A stretch of 64,000 nt of DNA from Squalus acanthias. Taxonomy: Eukaryota. Both the position numbers and the translations under genes were made by a program. The stretch covers positions 47,680,001 to 47,744,000 of the forward strand of contig CM059432.1 in NCBI GenBank assembly GCA_030390025.1, in the 5' to 3' direction. The notes under the pieces are model-generated. The model ran no database searches. It was not told the DNA's origin and was given only the letters and a program-made list of their open reading frames with translations. Shown in pieces: positions 12,430-24,892 of the stretch. Position 1 is the stretch's first letter. The number at the start of each line of letters is the position of its first letter.

Positions 12430-14420
12430 GTCCTCACAAGTGTATAGAAGCTGCAGTCAGGATGGTGATGCCACCAGCCAGCCATCAAATTGAAGGACTC
12501 TACCAGGTCCCTTAGTTTCTCCACTGCTATCAGGTGTTGCCGCCCACTGGTGCGGTCTCAAGCCTTGAGGGCACAGTAAAAACCTCCCCCGAGATTATGC
12601 ACTCACAAGTATCAATGGAGTTGAGATAGATGAACACCTAGTCAAAGAGCTGCGCTTGCTCCGCAATGTTGCATGGGGTGTACATGCTCAACAGGTGAAA
12701 TGTTACATCCCCGTGACAAAGAACAAGATGGAGCAAACAGAGCATGGCACTGGCTTGTTGACGCCCAGTATCTCATGCTGAAAATGTGGGATTAACAGAA
12801 TTTGGGGCCAGGTGACTCATGTAGAGATGTCCTCTTCCTCCTCTCCGGTAACAATTGATCTTCGTCTTCTAGAGTGATAGGAGTTTCTTGCAGGAAGCGC
12901 ATCACATACTTCCCTTTTAGAGCCGAGAAGTTCAAAAACCTGTGGTAGACTCTCCTGCTGCCACAGGTAGTGAGGCAGGCTATGGTTGCCCTCATACTAC
13001 AACAGCAACAACAACTTGCAATTATATAGCAAAACGTGCCAAGGCACTTAACAAGAGCGTTATCGTTAAAAACATTTTTGACACCAAGCCACAGAAGGAG
13101 ATATCAGGACAGATAACCAAAAGTTTGGTCAAAGAGGTAGGTTTTAAGGAGCATCTTAAAGGAGGAGAACGAGGTAGAGAGAGGCGGAGAGGTTTAGGAA
13201 GGGAATTCCCGAGTTTACAGCCAAGGCAGCCAAAAGCACAGCTGCCAATGGAGGTACGATACTGAGAGCTTAAGTGCTACCACCATCAAGACCACTAGTG
13301 ACCAAGTGAGCAGAGGCATTTTCTGACCTCCACTTCCTCAAGAATGAGGAACTTTTGCAACTGGCAAAGCTCAGCTGGATTAGTGTTCTTGTCTGCGCAG
13401 ACAGTCTTGTTGACCATGTGGACAGAACAAATTAACATTGCAAGGTTCTGCCATTCATCTAGATCCAGCTGCATCTTGCTTCTGTGGTAAAGTTGTCACA
13501 AATTTGTGAATGTCCTATGTGGAACTGAGGGGAGATGTGGAAAAGAGCACCAGACAATCTTTCTGAAGACAGACTCCGTGTCACCCCCTGCACCCTTGAC
13601 TGACTCACCATCTTTCTCCATTATATTAACCACCTGCTTTGCAGGATGCTTTGAAAGAACCGGTTGCAGCAGCTGTCGTTGCCTCCACCTCAGTCTCACA
13701 TCCCTAGGATATAAAGCCGAAGATCCTTCTGTTAACCCTAAGCAGCAGTTGAGTGGTCTCCTTCCCATAGGGCAGTGAGATTTGCGGGTCGGGTCAGTGG
13801 CCGCCATGGTAGATCAAAGCACGACCTCTGACTCCTCTGGTACAGAACCCAGAGTAAAGGGACCGAATCCCTTTCGATCTTTCGATCACTGTTGCCCAAC
13901 TCCACCAGAGGGGCAAAACTGTTCACATCCACAAACAGATCCTGAGAGATAACCAGTGGATCCGAGGCAGACTCTGGTGGTGTAAGTTCAGTTCCCTCGG
14001 TACCCAGGATGTTAGACCCTGTCTCAGGCTTTTCTCCTTCATATTCAGGAATGAGGATCTCTTCCCTCAACAGGAGGTGTGGTGGGGCGGGGGGTGGGTG
14101 GTATTGGGGGAGCGCTTGATGGAATTGCCTCTTTCTCTAGGGAGGTCAGTGGTGCACAATTGGGGCCAATTGGATGAGGGAGTCTCAGTTTCGGGTGGAA
14201 GTGCGTGCTCCTCTTCCACAGATGTATGTCCCTTTGTCATACGTCCTTTTGTCATACATTCCATTGGCTGGCCTCCACTTCTAGAGAGTGGTCCCTCCTC
14301 ATCTTCTCTGCTGGGTGAGGAGGACATAGACCTATATTTATCTGAGGGACCAATCCCTAACCAGCGTTATTCCTGATTCCCTCATGCCAGCACTTCTGGA
14401 GTCGCCAGATCCACAGCTGA
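12430..14420 (-). mobile_element. Tx1/L1-clade LINE: ORF1 remnant and ORF2 endonuclease start
   Basis: ORF2 begins at 12995 MRATIACLTTCGSR (SLNxNG-like), then FLQET, HGDVTFHLLSMYTP (NxYAP-like) and IISGG (GGDFN-like); low-complexity ORF1-like region 13262-14420. Confidence 0.7.
13001..13260 (-). mobile_element. L2 LINE 3' end inserted at the Tx1 ORF1/ORF2 junction
   Basis: (caa)n tail and sequence matching 7221-7480. Confidence 0.8.
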
Positions 14421-14471
14421 CAGTAAAGTGGGCGCCTTAGCTCAACAGCACTGGGAGTATGTCTGGAATCT

Positions 14472-14995
14472 ATGGCCTAGAAATTCATTGATGCCGCGCC
14501 TGTTTTATAGTCACAAATGGGCGCCTCAGCGTCCAATATGGCAAGCGACGTGCACCTGCACATTCCGTGCTGGAAGTGCACCGCTCACCATATTGGTAAA
14601 GGCTGAATTATAGTGGTCCAGGACCCATGTCTGAAACAGGCGTGAGGACCTTTGTATATGCAAATAGTGGACCTATCGCCTGTTTCAGGACCCCTTCCCA
14701 AAATTGGGCTTCCTTGCTCGCAGTCGGCACCTGCTACGTTCAGGATAACTAAGTCCACATTTCCTATCTCAGATTTCAGAGGATTTAATTGGTCTAGCGA
14801 ACGAGATGATAAGGGAGATCTTCTTGGGTCTGCGCTCAGGTTTACTGGAGCGACGGAGTGCAGCAAATGTTGGAAAGTTGGGCAGGTCAGAGAGCACATG
14901 CCTGTAAAGGAACCCGCCTGAGTTTTCTTCCAGTAGTTGAAATAGAAGGAAAATTGGACAGGTTTCTTTACATTGTGTGCACTACAATTGCCCAC
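14472..14995. mobile_element. Harbinger-type non-autonomous element fragment
   Basis: Begins ggcctagaaattc, like termini at 29766 and 44774; CpG-rich subterminal sequence; right end not found. Confidence 0.4.
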
Positions 14996-15199
14996 GTTTT
15001 TGATACTTACTAAGCAGGGATAATTGCAGCAAAGATGAAAAATGTAGTACTTTTAAAACCATTTTAATTAATAAATGTATAAATAAAAAATCATGCATAA
15101 TAAACCCTCAGCACAAATGGCTGCTAAGTAGGGTTTTTATCTTGTGGGATGGGCAGGCATATCTTAGGTTGGGGAGATCTGTGATAGGATTGTTGCACG

Positions 15200-15900
15200 T
15201 TATCCTTATTAAAGATCTGGATGAAGGCATTGGAGGAACAGTCTACAAGTTTGCTGATGACGCAAAGATATGAATAGAAGTTAGGATCTTAGACAAAATA
15301 AATAGTCTGCAGGCAGATCTGGACACACCAGGGAATGGGCCCATGACAGATGTCTTTCAATGTAGACAAATGCAGCATGATGCATTTGGGCTGTAATTCC
15401 AGGCATGTGCACACCATGCAGGTCTGCTTGCTTCGGGCTTCTGAGCAAGAAAAGGACCTGGGGGTTGCAGTTCATGAAACATTGAAAATCCATGACCAGT
15501 GTTACAAGGCTATTGCAAAGATGGATTGGTTGTATAGTTAGGACAATTAAATATAAAACTAGAAGTACAATTCTTACCTAGTGCAATGCCTTGGTTCACC
15601 GGCATCCAGAATATTGTTTCCAATTTTGATCCTTTAACATTGAGGGGGAATATCAAGGCCTCGGAAAAGGTCCAGAGGAGGGCCACTCAATTGATACTTA
15701 GGATAGGTTTAGGGAACTGGGGCTTTTTACTTTGGGAAAAATGTAGACTTTGAGGGGATATGATTAAGGTGTTTAAAATAATGAAGGGATTCTGTCCAAT
15801 GGACAGCTTATTTGAGCTAAATAGGCAAGGGAGAACTAGGGAGCATCAGTACAAGTTATGAAAGCATAGATTTAGGTAAGGTGCCAAGAAGTATTTATTT
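15200..15900 (+). mobile_element. CR1 LINE RT fragment
   Basis: KFADD, FNVDKC, EKDLGV, GDMIKVFKIM remnants. Confidence 0.8.
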
Positions 15901-16124
15901 TTGCAGAGGCTGATCTGAGTTACATTTTGACCAAACATAATGCAAATACATCCCAGTGTTTTCCTCTGTACATCCATTTTAATTAATCCATAAATATGTT
16001 TTTCAAACACCTTTACAGATTTGTTAAAACTAACACACAAAGAAAAATATTGGGAACAATATTTTAAACCTAATCAGGGATCACAAGTAATGCACTTATA
16101 AATCTTATGCACAATCTTTATAAT

Positions 16125-17480
16125 CAACAACAACTTGTATTTATATAGCACCTTTAACGTAGGAAAACATCCCAAGGCACTTCACAAGAGCGTAATCAAA
16201 TAAAAATGTTGAGACCGAGCCAAAGAAGGCAATATTAGGACTGGTGACTAAAAAATAAGTAGGTTTTAAAGAGTGTCTTAAACAATGAGAGGCAACGAGG
16301 AGAGCGAGGCAGAGAGGTTTAGGGAGGGAATTTCAGAGCTTAAGACTGAAAGCATGGCCGCAAATGGGGGGGCGAAGGGAATGGCAGTGCACAAGAGGCC
16401 AGAGTTGGTGGAACACTGATTTCTTGGAGGGTTGTAGGATTGGAAGAGGTTACAGAGATAGGGAGGGATGAGGCCACGGTGGGATTTGAACATGAGGATC
16501 AGAATTTTAACATCGATGCATTGGTGGACCAGGAGCCAGTGTAGCTCAGCAAGCGCAGGGGTGATGGGTGAGCAAGACTTGGTGCGAGTTAGGATACAGA
16601 CAGCAGAGTTCTGGATAAGCTCAAGTTTATGGAGGGTGAAAGATGGAAGGCAGGCCAGGAGAGCATTGGCATAGTCGAATCTGGAGGTAACAAAAGCATG
16701 GATGAGAGTTCCAGCTGTAGATAAACTGAGACAGAGACGGGCGATGTTACGGAGGTGGAAGTAGACGGTCTTTGTGATGGAGAGGATATGGGGTCGGAAA
16801 CTCAGTTCAGGGTCAAATAGGATGCCAAGGCTTGGAACAGTCTGGTTTAGCTTGAGACAGTGGCCAGTGATGGGGATGGAATTGGTGGCGAGGGATCGGA
16901 GTTTGTGGCGGGTGCCAAAGATAATTGCTTCAGTCTTCCCAATGTTTAATTAGAGGAAATTGCGGCTCATCTGGCATCATGTCTTCGGATGATGTCACCA
17001 AGGGCCAGCATGTAGGTGAGAAATAGGAGCGGGGAAACGATAGAGCCTTGGGGAACTGTAGAAGTAACGATGTGGGAGTGGGAAGACAAGCCATTGCAGG
17101 GGTTTATCTGGCTATGACCGGATAGGTCAGAGTGAAACCAGGCGAGGGCAGTCCTACTCAGCTGGACAACGGAGGAGAGGCATTAGAAGAGGCTGGTGTG
17201 GTTGACTTGTGTCAAAGGCTGCAGAGAGGTCACAAAGGTTGACTAGGAATAGTGCATAAGGGTAACAGTCCCAGAGGATGTCATTTGTGACTTTGATTCG
17301 GACTGTTTCAGCGCTGTGCAGGGGCAGAAACCTGATTAGAGAGGTTCAAACATGGGGTTGTGGGTAAAAATGGGCACGGATTTGAGAGGCGGGAATAGGT
17401 TCAAGGACTTTAGGAGGAAAGGGTGTTTGGAGATGGGGTGGTAGTTTGCAAAGACAAGGGGATCAAGTGGGTTTTTTGAG
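16125..17480 (-). mobile_element. L2 LINE 3' portion
   Basis: (caa)n tail at left; RT remnants including VPQGS (gttccccaaggctctatc on minus strand). Confidence 0.85.
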
Positions 17481-17942
17481 CAAAGCAAAGCAAAAGAGGA
17501 AGTGTTAGTGGAGACTTGGATTTCAATGTTGATCTTACAAACAAACTACTTTATCCTGCAAGAAATATTAATACACAATTTTTAAAAGAAAGTTCTAACA
17601 GCTCTTGTATTTGTTTGGATTTTTGCTCATTTCTGAGATGAGCTGAGAGATTGCTGGGTCAGCCATGACATCAGTCACCTTGATGAACACAGAAATCAGT
17701 TAAAAATGTAATGCCGGGGGATGGAATATTTGCCTACGGTTGCAGTGTTAGCATCAGCATTAAAGGTCAAAATGATACAAGCCAGTTACAGAGTTATGCT
17801 TATACTTTGTCCCAAAAATGTGCCTTAACCCAGTCTCGGGAGGGCACTTCCATTGCATCAATATTTTCAAATTCTGCACCAATCTTCCTTCTTGCTACTT
17901 TGAGTGAAATTAGCAAATTAGTGTTGAATTATGGGCTGTTTT

Positions 17943-18235
17943 GAATCATAGAATCATAGAAAGTTACAGCACGGAAGGAGGCTATTTCGGCCCATCGTGT
18001 CCTCGCCTAATCCTACTTCCCAGCTCTTGGTCCGTAGCCCTGCAGGTTAGAGCATCCCAAGTGCACATCCAAGTACTTTTTAAATGTGGTTAAGGTTTCT
18101 ACCTCTACCACCCTTTCAGGCAGTGAGTTCCAGACCCCCACAACCCTCTGGGTGAAGAAATTTCCCCTCAAATCCCCTCTAAACCTTCCACCAATTACTT
18201 TAAATCTGTGCCCCCTGGTTTTTGACCCCTCTGAC
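17943..18235 (-). mobile_element. CR1 LINE 3' end
   Basis: (gaatcata)n tail and ggcccatcg hairpin region as at 1878. Confidence 0.8.
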
Positions 18236-18664
18236 TCCTGCCAGCAGCTCCTGAGCTAGGCTGCTTCAAGCTCACTTCACTTATGACTGTAGCAGCCACA
18301 ATTGACTTTAATCCCGTCAGCCGATGCTGGATTCAAAGCCAGGTTCCAGAGTCTTCTACCTTACTGTGTGCACCACCCCTGTAGCGCTTTTATGGAAATT
18401 TAGGTCATAGACTTGACATTATTTAGAGTGCTAAGCATTCAATTTTTGAATGGTTGTATCAGGATTTAAATGTTAGGAAGAATACGATAGAATGGGATTG
18501 GAAAAAAGACAAGAACACAGCACTCAAGCAGAGCGCAAGCGACTTAGTGAAATGCTGGATTTGATTTGATCGTTTGAAACTCTATCCATATGTGAATTAC
18601 CCATTTATTTGGAAATAACTGTAATCTTCCTGGATAAAAAAATGCAGAAATGCTCCATCATAAA

Positions 18665-18950
18665 AAGAAAGGCTTGCATTTATATAACACCTCATCGTAT
18701 CTCTCAGAAACATTCAATGAATTACTTTGAAATGCAGTGACTGTTATTGTATAGAGATACACCATAGCAATTTACACATAGAAAGATCCCAGAAACAGTA
18801 ATGAGGTGCATATATGCTTTTATTGGGGTTGATTGAAGGAGAAATGCTATAAGAAATCCCTGCTCTTCTTCGAATAATGGCATAGATTCTTTAACATCCA
18901 CCAGAACTACAGTTTCGGTTTAACATCTCAAAGGACAAGATCTCTAACAA
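18665..18950 (-). mobile_element. Older DeuSINE-like SINE
   Basis: Diverged copy of the adjacent SINE. Confidence 0.6.
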
Positions 18951-18971
18951 TGCAAAGAAGAAAGAAAGAAA

Positions 18972-19385
18972 GACTTGCATTTATTTAGTGCCTTTCACAA
19001 CTTCAGGACGTCCCAAAGCGGTTTACAGCCAATGAATGCAGTAATGTAGGAAACGCAGCAGCCAATTTGCGCACAGCAAGCTCCCACAAACAGCAATGTG
19101 ATAATGACCAGATAATCTGTTTTAGTGATGTTGATTGAGGGATAAATATTGGTCATTACACTGGAGATAACTCCCCTGCTCCTCTTAGAAATAGTGCCAT
19201 GGGATCTTTTACATCCACCTGAGAGAGCAGATGGGGTTTAATGTCTCATCCAAAAGACAGCACCTCCAACAGTACAACACTGGAGTGCCAGCCTAGATTT
19301 TTGTGCTCAAGTCTCCTGGAGTTGGACTTGAACCCACCACGTTCTGACTCAGCGGTGACAGAGCTACCAACTGAGCCACGGCTGA
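18972..19385 (-). mobile_element. tRNA-headed SINE (DeuSINE/SacSINE-like) with L2-type tail, near full length
   Basis: Minus-strand head gccgtggctcagttgg (A box) ... ggttcaagtcc (B box); tail aaatgcaagtct(ttct)n. Confidence 0.8.
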
Positions 19386-19666
19386 CACTCTAATGCAGCA
19401 CTTTCTCAGTACTGTACTGAAGTTTCGGCCTAAATTAAGTCCTGGGTGAGGGTTGAATCAACAGCCTTCTGTTCAAAGACAAGAGCACTTCAGCTCGTCC
19501 CACCTTCCCCGCCCTTTCCCCGTAGCCTTGCAACTTTTTTTTCCTTCAGGTACTTAACCAGTTCCCTTTTGAAAACCACAATTGAATCTGCCTCCACCAC
19601 CCTTTCAAGCAGTGCATTCCAGATCCTAACCACTCCACTAACCACCCTGTTGGTAATTTTATTCTA

Positions 19667-19848
19667 GCAAAATACTGCGGATGCTGGAAATCTGAAATAA
19701 CAACAGAAAATGCTGGAAGCACTCAACAGGCCAGGCAGCATCCGTGGAGAGATAAACAGAGTTAACGTTTCAGTTCTGAAGAAGGGTCCCAGTCCTGAAA
19801 CGTTAACTCTGTTTCCCTCTCCACGGATGCTGCCTGGCCTGCTGGGTA
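19667..19848. mobile_element. Penelope-type inverted terminal structure
   Basis: Inverted arms (caggccaggcagcatccgtggaga..gttaacgtttcag / ctgaaacgttaac..tctccacggatgctgcctggcctg) around a CTGAAGA..GAAA core. Confidence 0.6.
19772..19808 (+). ncRNA. Candidate minimal hammerhead ribozyme
   Basis: AGUU-CUGAAGA-aggg..ccu-GAAAC-GUU-AACU. Confidence 0.45.
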
Positions 19849-20079
19849 ATTTTATTCTGTTTGGAGTTGAAACCATAAATTAAATTGTTCATGAATAACT
19901 TTGGAAGAAAGTACAACAATTGACAGACACATGCAGGACTCAGTCACAAAACACTGAATTCAATATTTGCAGATCTAGAAACCTACAAATCAGTGCTGCC
20001 AGTCCCAGGACCCTACCTCTCACCAACAGTGTTGTTTAATGGGTATTCTCTCTATCATCTCATTGCTGACAGACACCAG

Positions 20080-20912
20080 GGGCGGAATCTTACCTTCCAG
20101 GCTGAGTTCGAGGCAGGACTGCTGGTTTTCAGGTTCCAGTCTCGCCCCCAGCGATGTCTGACGAACAGACGCTATTTTGCCCTGATTGGCCTTGTTAAGC
20201 CCGCCCTGCGGGTCAAATAAGGGAAAGCCGGTGTCAGATGACATCAGTTGATGACGCTTCATCCGCCGGTTTTCTTAAAGGCATATGCACCACACTTGTT
20301 TGATAGATAATTTGACAGTGTTTGACAGCATTGAGGTGCTGTCAAGCACTGACAATCACTGTCCAAAGTTGAGCCCTTGCACCAAGGCTCTCCAATTACT
20401 CTCTCCTTGGGATAAAACAGATGGCAGCTGCAGCTGAGATTGCAGAAGCCATCTGCCACTTCTCCCGATGAGATGAGGCTACACAAACACTTCACAGCTT
20501 GTCACCTGCAGAAACATCTAACCACATTAAAAATTATTTTCACAACATTTCCTTACCTCTGATACTAACCAGTGTCCCATTGCATCCTTCACACCACTTC
20601 TGCAGCTGTCATCCAAACACCAACATAACAACAGACCCACAGTAAGCCTCACTTACCCTGGTGGGGTTCCCCGACGTTGGAAAGCCCGCAGCAGCAGTCG
20701 AAAAATTGGAAAAAGTTAACAGGCAGTTAAGTGGCTATAATCCTCTTCCCGCTGCTAGGAGTCGGGTCCCTGCGCAAATCGGGGACCCAACTCCCGGGAA
20801 GATTGGCTGGAGGTGGGTTGGGAGCAGGTTTGGGACCCGCTCCCATTTTTTAGGATTTTCCCAGCAGTCCCGCCTCCAGACCCACCTCCTCAGGGCTGGT
20901 AAAATCCAGCCC
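20080..20912. mobile_element. Harbinger-type MITE, family B
   Basis: Imperfect TIR gggcggaatctt / aaaatccagccc, CAG flanks on both sides; inverted relative at 46005-46842. Confidence 0.7.
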
Positions 20913-21299
20913 CAGGAATCCACCAGTGAGTCAAATCCTGTATATCACTCCCCTGTTTTACCAGACCTCAGGTTCCCTCTCCACAGTTCTGTCAAACTCC
21001 AGATTCCCCCTTCACAGTGACAACAGACGAAAGGACTCCCCCATGCTGCTAACACCAGGACTCCCAGATCTGCTAAACTCCAGGAGCATCCCCCATTAAT
21101 ACAACAGCTCAGAATTACTCACACTGCTACCTTAGACAAGGATCATCACTGAATGCAGCTAAATTCCACCCCTTCCCCACTACTACTAAACACCAAATGC
21201 CTACCTTCAAATGGAACACCAAGTATACCATTTTCTGATGGTATCCTCCACTTTAAGATGGTGAAGGACAAAAATTAAATACATAAGTAAAGGAATAAA

Positions 21300-22370
21300 T
21301 AAAAAAATAGGAACAGGAGTAGACCATTCAGTCCTTTGAGCCTGTTCTGCCATTCAATTACATTATGGCTGATCTGTATCTTAACTCCATTTATCTGTCT
21401 TGGTTCCATATCCCGTAATATGCTTACCAAACAAAAATCTATCAATCTCGGTTTTGAAATTTTCAATAGACCCAGCTTTTTGGGGAGAGAGATTCAGATT
21501 TTCACTACCCTTTATGTGAAGAAGTGCTTCCTGACCTCCCCCATGAATGGTCTAGCTCTAAATATAAGGTTATGCCCTTTGTTCTGAACTCCAGAGGAAA
21601 TAGTCTCTCTCTATCTATGCTATCAAATCCTTTAATCATCTTAAATGCTCAATTAGATCGCATCTTAATCTTCTATACTCAAGGGAATACAAGCCTAGTC
21701 TATGCAAACTGTCTTCATAATTTAACTCTTTTAGCCCTGGTATCATTCTGGTGAATCTGTGTTTCACCCCTCCCAGGCCAATATATCGTTCCTGAGGTGT
21801 GGTGCCCAGGACTAAACACAGTACTCCAGATGTGGTCTAACCAGAGCTTTATACAGCTGTGGAATAACTTCCACCCCTTTGTATTCCAGCCCCCTTGAGG
21901 TGAAGGCTAACATTCCGTTAGCCTTTTTAATTACTTTTTGCACCTGTTCACTAGTTTTTAGTGATTTTTGTACTTGGACCTCTAAATCTCTGCTCCTGCA
22001 CAATTCCTAGCTTCTCACCATTTAGAAAATACTCTGACCCATCTTTCATAGATCCAAAGTGGATGACCTTACACTTCCCCACACTAAACTCTATCTGCCA
22101 CAGTTTTGCCCACTCACTTAATTTATCAATGTCCCTTTGCAACTTTCTGCTCCCATCAACACGACTTACGGTGCCACCTAACTTAGTGTCGTCAGCAAAC
22201 TTGGATATAGCTTTCTATTCCTTCATCTAAGTCATTGGTAAATATAATGACAAGCTGAGGCCACAATACAGCTCCCTGGGGGACTCCACTAGTCACATCG
22301 TGTCAATTAAAGTACATACCCATTAATGATCCCTACTCACTTTATCCTACCTCCGAACCAATTCCCTACC
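21300..22370 (-). mobile_element. CR1 LINE 3' part
   Basis: KFADD, WQIEFSVGKCKVIHFG, KANGMLAF, LYKALVRPHLEYCV. Confidence 0.9.
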
Positions 22371-22672
22371 AAAATAAAGGTCTTCCATTTATGGTTATCA
22401 CAGAGTAACGGACTGAGGCATTTTGAATTAAATACCAAAATATCAGTAAAAATTCCAGAATAATGTAATAAAAATGGAATACATTTCATTATACATATAT
22501 ATCATTAACAGCCTTATTGTTACTAAACAGCACAGCCTGACTCAGCATGAGAAAAGCCACAGGAGATCTGCCAGTTTATATTAAACTTCAGAGCTCTTAA
22601 TGGGCTGCAGTTCATATTTAAAGACATGAAGCCACTTGAAGGTAAGTGATCACATATGGGAACAAATACTGA

Positions 22673-23460
22673 GGCCAGAATTTTCCACTCAAAAAACGGG
22701 TGAGTTTGGAGCGTGGGGGCAGTTAAATTGTTAGAAATGGGATTCCTGACCTGATCCCGCCTCCAACCTGCCCACTTCCGGTTTTAACGGAGGCGGGATG
22801 GGGGACGGGCGACCAACCTGCTCCCAGGGGGTGGAACGTCAATTTAAATATTATAATGAGGCTGGAAGCCACTTTTTTAACCTCCATTTTGAATTTAACT
22901 GCCTGTGGACGGGTTTCACACAATTCGTGAAACCCGGCAGTTAAACCGAGGTGGAGACTGCTAGATCCATGAGGTTAAGTGGCTTTATACCTACCTCCTG
23001 GATCCAGGGTCCCTGCCTAACCCACCCCCCACGATCAGAGATCCCCTCAGGAGGCCTCTGATCGCCTTCCCAGGCCTCCGATCCCCACCATGAGGCCTCC
23101 CCCTCACATCCCACCAATGATGCTGAGGCCGGCCACAATCCTACTTCAGTCTCTCTCTCTCCCCCCAGTCTCTCTCTCTCCCCCGAGTCTCTCTCTCTCC
23201 CCCCAGTCTCTCTCTCTCTCTCCCCCCTCCAAATCCCTCTCTCTCTCCCCTTCGATCCTCTCTCTCCCCTTTTGATCCTCGATCTTCCCCCACCGGCCAT
23301 GAATGGATCCCCTGACTTTCTCCACATGGAGCCGAGGAAAGCGTGGCCCACGGTGCAGGCCGCAACTGGGTACTGTGCATGCACGGCTTTCTTTATACCG
23401 CGCGCACGCGCAGAAGGCTACAAAGGTGTTCGTGCAAATAATCACAGCGCAGGGAATTCT
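22673..23460. mobile_element. Non-autonomous DNA element, family C
   Basis: First ~200 bp collinear with 24893-25080; right boundary uncertain. Confidence 0.5.
23148..23270. repeat. Pyrimidine-rich minisatellite, ~19-bp unit agtctctctctc(tc)cccc
   Basis: Four to five visible tandem units. Confidence 0.75.
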
Positions 23461-23599
23461 CCCACTGTCCTGAGCAAATAACACCACCAGAAACAGCTGA
23501 ACACAGAGAACGAGCTGAAAGGTCAAAGTTAAAGGGAGAAAACCAAACCCCTCCAGCGTTACACAGGAACCCATCGACCATCGTAACACACACTTCAAT

Positions 23600-24273
23600 A
23601 GCTGCAATGCTGATCATTTAGATACACGTCCCTCCAATGGGGTTTGGTTCTGAGGTTGCAAGACTCGCAAACGTCTGTCTGTCTGTCTGGATTCCGGGCC
23701 ATTGTGTATTGGGCCCCTCTCCTGCTCCAGCTGTCCAGTTCTCTGCGCGGCCTTTCAATTTAAGTGCGTGGGAGCTCAGGGGTCAGTGCGCAGCTGCGTA
23801 CCTTAGAGGAAACAGTGCCTGTCGTCTCCCATGGTCAATCACAAATATGTTCTTATCTCTAGGGGAATCAAGGGATGGAGATTGGGTGGGAAAGGGGAGT
23901 TGAGGTCGATGATCAGCCATGATCTTATTGAATGGCGGGGCAGGCTCGAAGGGCCGCATGGCCTACTCCTGCTCCTATTTCTTATGTTCTTAAATATGTT
24001 TCTATAAGCTTCAACTTCGAGAAGCTCTGTTAACTGATCGCTACTGATACGGGCATTGCTAACAGGATCCTGAGTGCTATCCATGTATTTGCTCTTGAAA
24101 CTTGATGGAGCAGTACAGTCCATTGGAAGCAGACTTTGGAGATAGCCAAGTTCTTCGCAGAGGTCGACACCATTAATGTCAGACCTTCTTCGACATGACG
24201 CCACCACCACCAACCCCCACGACCATGGTGCCCTGGGCGGTCGCCCATGTCGCACACCCGTAAGGCCGGCCCT
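23600..24273 (-). mobile_element. Internally deleted hAT transposon with transposase C-terminal (dimerisation domain) remnant
   Basis: Terminus tagggccggcc at 24273; SDINGVDLCEEL and IALRILLAMPVSVAIS*QSFSKLKLI, continuing TYL*LTMGDDR beyond the CR1 insert. Confidence 0.65.
23856..23991 (+). mobile_element. CR1 3' tail inserted in the hAT remnant
   Basis: atggcctactcctgctcctatttcttatgttctta tail; aaatatgtt repeated on both sides. Confidence 0.75.
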
Positions 24274-24454
24274 AGGCTCAATGCTGTGTGCATTATCTGC
24301 AGGACATCAGAACCGATGTGGGAGAAGAAAACACACTCTCAGGGATCTGGCAAGATAAGACGACCCAACAATACTGTGTATCAGGAAGATGGCCCAAGAT
24401 TGCCTGTCACAGTGTCTTATTTCATATTTACTGGTTATCTTTTTTAATTTATTC

Positions 24455-24775
24455 ATTCACAGGATGTAGGCATCACTGGCAAGGCCAGTATTTATTGCCC
24501 ATCCCTAATTGCCCTTGAGAAGATGGCTGCCTTCTTCAACCGCTGCAGTCCTTAAGGTGAAGGTACTCCCACAGCGCTGTTAGGGAGGGAGTTCCAGGAT
24601 TTTGACCCAGCGACGATGAAGGAACGGCAATATTTTTCCAAGTCAGGATGGTGAGTGACTTGGAGGGAAACTTGGAGGTGGTGGTGTTCCCATGCGCCTG
24701 CTGCCCTTGTAAAGGTTGCGGGTTTGGGAGGTGTTGGCGAGTTGCTGCAGTGCATCTTGCAGATGGTACTGACTG
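24455..24775 (-). mobile_element. 3' end of the CR1-group LINE family of 3240-6680
   Basis: Reverse complement of ~6320-6660. Confidence 0.85.
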
Positions 24776-24892
24776 TGATAAGCCCTCACACGGTCATATG
24801 GGTCTTTGAATTCTAATGTTTATTCCTTTTCCGTTTGTAAGCCTAGATCATCAGACCACCAGTGACCCAAAGTAAGACAACAACACACCCTG

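Noticed and set aside
19320..19385. tRNA gene
   Set aside because: A/B boxes are attached to a SINE body repeated several times in the window
23148..23270. CRISPR-like repeat array
   Set aside because: Low-complexity units with no unique spacers, in eukaryotic context with no cas genes
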